Source: Bacteroidota bacterium (lineage in GTDB: Bacteria > Bacteroidota > Bacteroidia > AKYH767-A > 2013-40CM-41-45). From it: DNA of 30,468 nucleotides. Below, piece after piece: positions 25,467 to 30,468 of the stretch; position 1 is the first letter of the stretch; every line of letters begins with the position of its first letter. The notes beneath the pieces are model-generated. The model did no database searches. It was not told the origin of the DNA and saw only the letters and a program-made list of their open reading frames with translations. Position numbers and translations under genes: made by a program. The stretch spans positions 1 through 30,468 of the forward strand of contig JBEGUX010000177.1 in assembly GCA_041178685.1 (NCBI GenBank). Reading direction: 5' to 3'.

Positions 25467-26654
25467 TCAATCGCGGCGTGGAGTTCCTTTTGATAAGATA
25501 TATGCTAATCCAAAAAGTGTTTTAGTCAACTGAAAAGCAATCCAGCACTTTAGCTGCCGGAGGATGGAGCTTCGGACTTGGTATGTGGTGTGTGTAACTT
25601 CGATGCAGTCTTTTCGCTGTATTGACAATAACTGTTGCCTTACATCGCCAACGAATTTTTCATCGTCTATTTCCAAATTGAGTTCAATATTGCTATAGGT
25701 ACTTAAACTATTTAGGTCGAATGAACCTATGCTCATCCAGTGCCGATCGCAGATCAATACTTTACCGTGCACGTTACTTGGAGTATATTCGTAGATCTTG
25801 ATTCCATGTCTAAGCATCCACTGGTAAAGAAATTCTCTGGCATATACTGATAACATGACATCTGAGGCGGCACCAAAGATGCAATGTATTTCTACGCCAC
25901 GTCTTTTGGCTTTTTTCAATAATCGTCGTACGCGAATTCCCGGCATGAAGTAAGCGCCTACCAGGATAATTTCCTTTTTTGATTGTCGAATAGCATTACG
26001 GTAAGAAATAGCTATTTCACTTTTCCGGCGGAGGAAATCGTTTTCCGAAATTGCTATAGAAATAGAATTCTGTTCGCTTGCATGATTTACGGCGGAAGGC
26101 AACCGTAAATTCGTAACGTACTTTTTATTGCCTGAATAAATCCATCGTTGCCTGCAAATCCTCCTTAGTCTTCGAGCGGTGATTCCGGTGAGTTCGAGGG
26201 CAAAATCGAGCCAAGGTTTTTTTTCGTTAATTTCATTGTAACGATTGCCAATGTTAATTCCGCCCACTACGGCTGTAATTCCATCTACCACGATGACTTT
26301 TCGATGGAGTCGCCTGCCAAGATGGAACTTGCCACGGGAAAATAACCGCCCAAAGAAACGAAGTTGAACCCCACAATTTTTAAGTTCGGCAATTATAGCT
26401 CCTGAAAGTCCGGCAGAGCCAAATGCATCTAACAAAAGATAAACTTGCACACCGCGCTCAGCGGCTTTCTTTAGTTCACTGATAAGTTTCAAGCCGGTTT
26501 CGTCAGCCTCAAAAATGTAGGTTTGAAGATGTATTTCAAACTTGGCGGATTTCAGTAAAGTCTCCAGTCTTTGGAAATATAGATCGCCACTTTGTAATAA
26601 TTGAACGCTGTTCGGCCCACTAAATCGCTTTCTATTATCTTTTGAACGCATCAT
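25467..26654 (-). CDS. clsB: Phospholipase D family cardiolipin synthase, ClsB type
   Basis: Two HKD motifs (HRKVIVVD, HGKVLICD), GGINIG, GSFDLN..S; no N-terminal TM pair. Start uncertain (26654, 26651 or TTG 26672). Confidence 0.85.
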   Translation of the reverse strand: MMRSKDNRKRFSGPNSVQLLQSGDLYFQRLETLLKSAKFEIHLQTYIFEADETGLKLISELKKAAERGVQVYLLLDAFGSAGLSGAIIAELKNCGVQLRFFGRLFSRGKFHLGRRLHRKVIVVDGITAVVGGINIGNRYNEINEKKPWLDFALELTGITARRLRRICRQRWIYSGNKKYVTNLRLPSAVNHASEQNSISIAISENDFLRRKSEIAISYRNAIRQSKKEIILVGAYFMPGIRVRRLLKKAKRRGVEIHCIFGAASDVMLSVYAREFLYQWMLRHGIKIYEYTPSNVHGKVLICDRHWMSIGSFDLNSLSTYSNIELNLEIDDEKFVGDVRQQLLSIQRKDCIEVTHTTYQVRSSILRQLKCWIAFQLTKTLFGLAYILSKGTPRRD

Positions 26655-26795
26655 TATCTCTTCAATTCCCAAATTTAATCATACCAACCCTCATTTTTCT
26701 GTTTTAGATGAGTTGCATGTATAAATCAGTTGTTAAATGATTATTTTTGAGCTGATTTATAACATTATCAATAATTTAAACGTACAAAACATCCG

Positions 26796-27065
26796 ATGAA
26801 TTCCGAGTTGCTTTTTGCGCAATTAGTCTCCATATTCCATTCGTCTGCTATGGTAGCATTGGGAAAATTAAAGAATCCGGCAACGGACAAGATCGAGCGT
26901 AATCTGGAACAAGCAAAACAGGCAATTGAGATGCTGGAGATGTTGCGTAATAAAACCAGCGGCAATCTAACCGACAATGAGAAGCGAATGCTGGATGCCT
27001 CTTTGACTGATTTACGATTGAATTACGTGGACGAGAGTAAAAAAGAACCTTCAGCGAATAACTAA
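26796..27065 (+). CDS. DUF1844-like small protein
   Basis: SSAMVALGKLKNP...NLEQAKQAIEMLEMLRNKTSGNL...LTDLRLNYV. Confidence 0.8.
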   Translation: MNSELLFAQLVSIFHSSAMVALGKLKNPATDKIERNLEQAKQAIEMLEMLRNKTSGNLTDNEKRMLDASLTDLRLNYVDESKKEPSANN

Positions 27066-27074
27066 CCTCACCCT

Positions 27075-28004
27075 ATGGAAACGCAAGACAATAACAAAAC
27101 AGAGTATCAGGAGCAAGGCCCTAAAAAAGGCATCGTAATCATTGTGATTACCATTTTGCTTGGTACTAATGGTCTTTTGCTATGGCAGTTCTTCGAAAAG
27201 AAAAATCGTTTGGACGATGCCAACAAGACTATCTATAGTACCACAGCAGAACGTGATGCACTTCAGGTGCAGTTGCAACAGGTAAAAGCCGATTTTGAAA
27301 AGGCAAAATCTGAAAACTCTTCGCTCCAAACACAATTGACCGAGCGTGAGGAGCAGATCAATGCCAAGACAGCTGAAATACAACGGTTGATTGCTTTAGG
27401 TGGTCCAGCTCAGATTGCACGTGCTAAAGCGGAGTTGGCCAAGTTAAAAGAAATGAACGAAATTTATGTTGCACAGCTGGATTCGCTGAATCAAGTCGCC
27501 GCACGTTTACAAGCCGAGAATTCAGACCTCTCCTCCAATCTTTCACAAGCTAAAAATACCAACGATAAACTCTCTGCTCAAAATACGATGCTCAGCTCTA
27601 AAGTCGCGGCAGGGTCTGTCTTGAAAGCAATGTCTGTTGTATCCGAAGGTGTTCGTTATCGATCAAATGGAAAAGAGTCATTAACCGATCGTGCCAAGCA
27701 AGTTCAAAAAATTCGGACCCGCTTTACGTTGGTTGAAAATAAAGTTATTGATCGTGGTTCCGTTGATCTCTATATCCGCGTTGTAGGACCGGATGGAGCA
27801 GTAATGTCATCTATGCAGGATGCTTTCAGCAGTAACGGACAATCTCTCAACTATACACTGAAAGAAACGGTTGACTACGCCAATGTTGATACGCCTGTTG
27901 AAGTCAGTTGGGCGAAAGGAACTCAGTTTTCCGTAGGTACTTATACGGTAGAAATCTATCATAGTGGTGTGTTGATTGGTAAATCCAGTATTCAGTTGAA
28001 ATAA
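27075..28004 (+). CDS. Single-pass membrane protein with long coiled coil and C-terminal beta-rich domain
   Basis: One TM segment (IVIIVITILLGTNGLLLWQFF), about 135 aa of heptads, then KIRTRFTL...LYIRVVGPDG...GTYTVEIY beta domain. Confidence 0.8.
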   Translation: METQDNNKTEYQEQGPKKGIVIIVITILLGTNGLLLWQFFEKKNRLDDANKTIYSTTAERDALQVQLQQVKADFEKAKSENSSLQTQLTEREEQINAKTAEIQRLIALGGPAQIARAKAELAKLKEMNEIYVAQLDSLNQVAARLQAENSDLSSNLSQAKNTNDKLSAQNTMLSSKVAAGSVLKAMSVVSEGVRYRSNGKESLTDRAKQVQKIRTRFTLVENKVIDRGSVDLYIRVVGPDGAVMSSMQDAFSSNGQSLNYTLKETVDYANVDTPVEVSWAKGTQFSVGTYTVEIYHSGVLIGKSSIQLK

Positions 28005-28024
28005 AAAATATTCTTAATAAAGTG

Positions 28025-28048
28025 AGCCCGGTTTATCCGGGCTTTTTT
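28025..28048 (+). terminator. Intrinsic terminator between convergent genes
   Basis: AGCCCGG-TTTAT-CCGGGCT followed by a T run. Confidence 0.85.
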
Positions 28049-28049
28049 A

Positions 28050-30467
28050 TTAGAAGAAGGCTCGGAATTGCACATTTCCCGTATGAATAGCTCTGGTATT
28101 TTCACCTTTTCTTCCTTCGTACGAAAGGTTGACCTGAATAATATTAGTGATGTTTTTAAGCAAAGAGATATTCCAGGTGTAATTGGTTCCCGGAGTTAAT
28201 CCTCCAAGTAACTCGTAGGCAACAAAACTGTTCAATTCACCATTGTAGTCGAGACGAATATAATTGAAGCGCGTGGTGAGACTGCCGGAGTTAATAGAGT
28301 TCCAGCGCGTTTCTATACTTAGTTTATTTTCGATTAATTCTTCTGCTCCTCCTTCTTGATTAATTTTATTTGCATGCCGATAGCCTGTGATTATTCGAAA
28401 TGCATTGTTAGGTTGGTAAACTACTTTCGGTTCCCAAATGGTAGCATTAATCATATAATTCCGATCCGGAAAAAATTCCGAAGAATTTAATTGCTCTTGC
28501 TCTTCATACGATACAGTGAGTTGCCACTCGCGTGTCATGTTCCATCGTACAGTAAGAAGATGTGCCTTCAGTTGTCGATAATCGAAGCCGGTGACGAGTA
28601 ATGCTTTGTTCTGATTTTGTTGCCACGTATAATCTGCACCGTACTTGGGATCGCTTCGGTTGAAGAAGACTGTATTTCGATAACTTGAATTAGTAGAAAC
28701 CAGAATACTATCACTGAGATTTCGACTAAATGGGTTCAAGGCAGATAAGACTTCTTCGCCGGTAGTTTTCTTGTCGAGTCTTAACAAAAACTGATCGGTG
28801 AAGCGGTGGAAGAAACGTAGCTTTGATCGATCGTTGACTCCTGCAGCTGGATTGATGTTTAGGACTTCGCTGAAACTGTTGCTGCGTGTGAAAATATATT
28901 CATCGGAATTGAAATACACACGAATGTATTTTGCCTGATCGGTAAAATTCGCAATTGCAAATTCATTCAAGTCCTGAACATTGTTTCCGTTAAGGTCGCC
29001 GATATAGGCATAACTTCCTTGTCCGGCGGGAACTTCTAGGTAATAGAATTCTTGCTTACGATCACGTCCTGAGCTGATCTCATAGTAGGTTACAGCTGTA
29101 ATCACTCCTTTCCATAATGTAAGTTGATGATCCATCCGGTTGACCAATGTTTGCAATGGAGGAGTTGTAATTAGTACCGAGTCCAATACGACCAGATCCC
29201 GATACGTAGTGGTATTTCGAAATGTGTTTTTAGGATTCTTCAACAGCTCTGCAGTAGCGGCAACTTCGCGTGCATTAGCTGAAGCAACGAGCGTATTTCC
29301 TCGCGGGCCTCGATCTCTCCGGTTTTTAAAAGATAGTGTGCCACTGCTTTTAAGTGAATCTCGGAAAGAAATGTAGCCCACCCATTCCTGCCAGGCATAA
29401 GTGTTGCTTTGCAGTGAATCATTAACCGAGTTGAAAAAACGATTGGTTTCTGCATTATCTTTTATTCCTAAAATGATCTTCCCTAATTGTTTAGAAAAGT
29501 CGAATTGGTGGCGAGAGAATGTTGTGTTTTGTAATGCAGTACGTGTAGTAAGATAACTGCCGGTTCCTCTAAGGTTGAAATTACGATAGGTTACATCACT
29601 GAATAATCCGTTGCTCCAGCCGGAGTATTCAGCGCCTCGTTGATACGTTTTCAGCTGGTAGCCGGCAGTTCCGATTTTTGATTTACTGAAACCCGCCTCA
29701 GCAGATATGATATTTTCATCTGCAGTAAAGGTATTTCCCGAAACGTTCCAGTCGCGCACGAATTCAGCAGGTCGATAGGGTTCCAGTGAGCGGAAATTTC
29801 GTGCAGCATATTCATAGTCGAATCGGGAGTTGAGCTTCCATCCATCGATCGTATCTGCTGAAAGAGCCATACGCTGATCGTAACGGAGACGAGCGGCTAT
29901 TCCATGATCATTAGATTTATCCTGCGTTGAGTAAAGATTTATATCGTTATCACTCCAGGCAGTTTCTACAAACAGTTTTTTATTTGGCTGTAGATGGATA
30001 TCGCTGCCAAGTGTTATCATTCGCCGTTGTTTGGGAGTAATCAACAATTGCACAGGACGAAAATTACCCTGCGAGATTCCATTAATTGGTTCAACCCATT
30101 TGAATACGCGACCGTTCGCTGAGCGTACATCCTGAACATAGTCGCCATTTCCCTGACCTACGTCAGAGAACGAAACATTCCATCGTGCGTTGAGTGGATC
30201 AGTGGAGTAAACAAAGACCCCGGCAAATGTTCCATTGGTTGTAATTGTATCCACCTTTTGGTAGAGTACCAGTGAGGCATCAAACTCCGATAGTGAATCA
30301 GCTGTATTGAAATAGGCTTCGTCGATTTGGTCGCCAACACTAGCCATCACGCTTTTTTGTGCACTGTCGAGCTCTTGTAATAACGGCTGATTCTTGCTGT
30401 CTTGTTCGGAGTATACATTCAGCTTTAATTTCACCTTATCGGTAACAAATTCATTGTTGAAGTAAAG
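28050..30467 (-). CDS. Large hypothetical outer-membrane beta-barrel protein; 5' end outside the window
   Basis: The frame stays open past 30434 to the window edge (LYFNNEFVTDKVKLKL...). Rich in aromatic/N/S/T beta-strand patterns, C-terminal QFRAFF. Confidence 0.8.
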   Translation of the reverse strand, partial: LYFNNEFVTDKVKLKLNVYSEQDSKNQPLLQELDSAQKSVMASVGDQIDEAYFNTADSLSEFDASLVLYQKVDTITTNGTFAGVFVYSTDPLNARWNVSFSDVGQGNGDYVQDVRSANGRVFKWVEPINGISQGNFRPVQLLITPKQRRMITLGSDIHLQPNKKLFVETAWSDNDINLYSTQDKSNDHGIAARLRYDQRMALSADTIDGWKLNSRFDYEYAARNFRSLEPYRPAEFVRDWNVSGNTFTADENIISAEAGFSKSKIGTAGYQLKTYQRGAEYSGWSNGLFSDVTYRNFNLRGTGSYLTTRTALQNTTFSRHQFDFSKQLGKIILGIKDNAETNRFFNSVNDSLQSNTYAWQEWVGYISFRDSLKSSGTLSFKNRRDRGPRGNTLVASANAREVAATAELLKNPKNTFRNTTTYRDLVVLDSVLITTPPLQTLVNRMDHQLTLWKGVITAVTYYEISSGRDRKQEFYYLEVPAGQGSYAYIGDLNGNNVQDLNEFAIANFTDQAKYIRVYFNSDEYIFTRSNSFSEVLNINPAAGVNDRSKLRFFHRFTDQFLLRLDKKTTGEEVLSALNPFSRNLSDSILVSTNSSYRNTVFFNRSDPKYGADYTWQQNQNKALLVTGFDYRQLKAHLLTVRWNMTREWQLTVSYEEQEQLNSSEFFPDRNYMINATIWEPKVVYQPNNAFRIITGYRHANKINQEGGAEELIENKLSIETRWNSINSGSLTTRFNYIRLDYNGELNSFVAYELLGGLTPGTNYTWNISLLKNITNIIQVNLSYEGRKGENTRAIHTGNVQFRAFF

Positions 30468-30468
30468 C

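Noticed and set aside
722-30340. Numerous 60-100 aa ORFs nested in or antisense to recognised genes (e.g. 2163..2372, 9426..9719, 17634..17930, 24303..24590, 29140..29376)
   Set aside because: They overlap confidently assigned CDS and show no motifs or independent expression signals.

Overview
Ordinary-looking chromosomal window from a Bacteroidota bacterium, judged from gene content and several TAnnTTTG -7 promoter elements. It holds about 30 CDS, one tRNA-Arg(CCT) and two intrinsic terminators. I found no integrase, transposase, CRISPR array or rRNA. In order: a 5'-truncated RluB/RluF-type pseudouridine synthase whose long N-terminal extension (12 x 12-aa RRSYGDREEKPA repeats) is missed by the ORF track; dnaG; polyprenyl synthase; rlmN; amidohydrolase; a class A beta-lactamase-like serine hydrolase; an S11 DD-carboxypeptidase with two LysM domains; a DUF4468-like protein; ispD; a divergent Wzz-like / O-antigen-ligase-TPR pair; tRNA-Arg; small accessory genes; a tight TauE/SafE-moeA-moaD-moeB-moaE-moaCB-moaA molybdenum cofactor operon; envelope genes (DUF6089-like barrel, OmpA/MotB lipoprotein, clsB, DUF1844, coiled-coil protein); and a truncated large outer-membrane protein. 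The best candidates for undescribed biology are the TSUP transporter heading a Moco operon with no ModABC in the window, the mixed-charge repeat tail on the rRNA-modifying enzyme, the Wzz/ligase-TPR glycosylation pair, and two atypical penicillin-binding-fold enzymes. All family calls come from motif recognition by eye, with no database searches.
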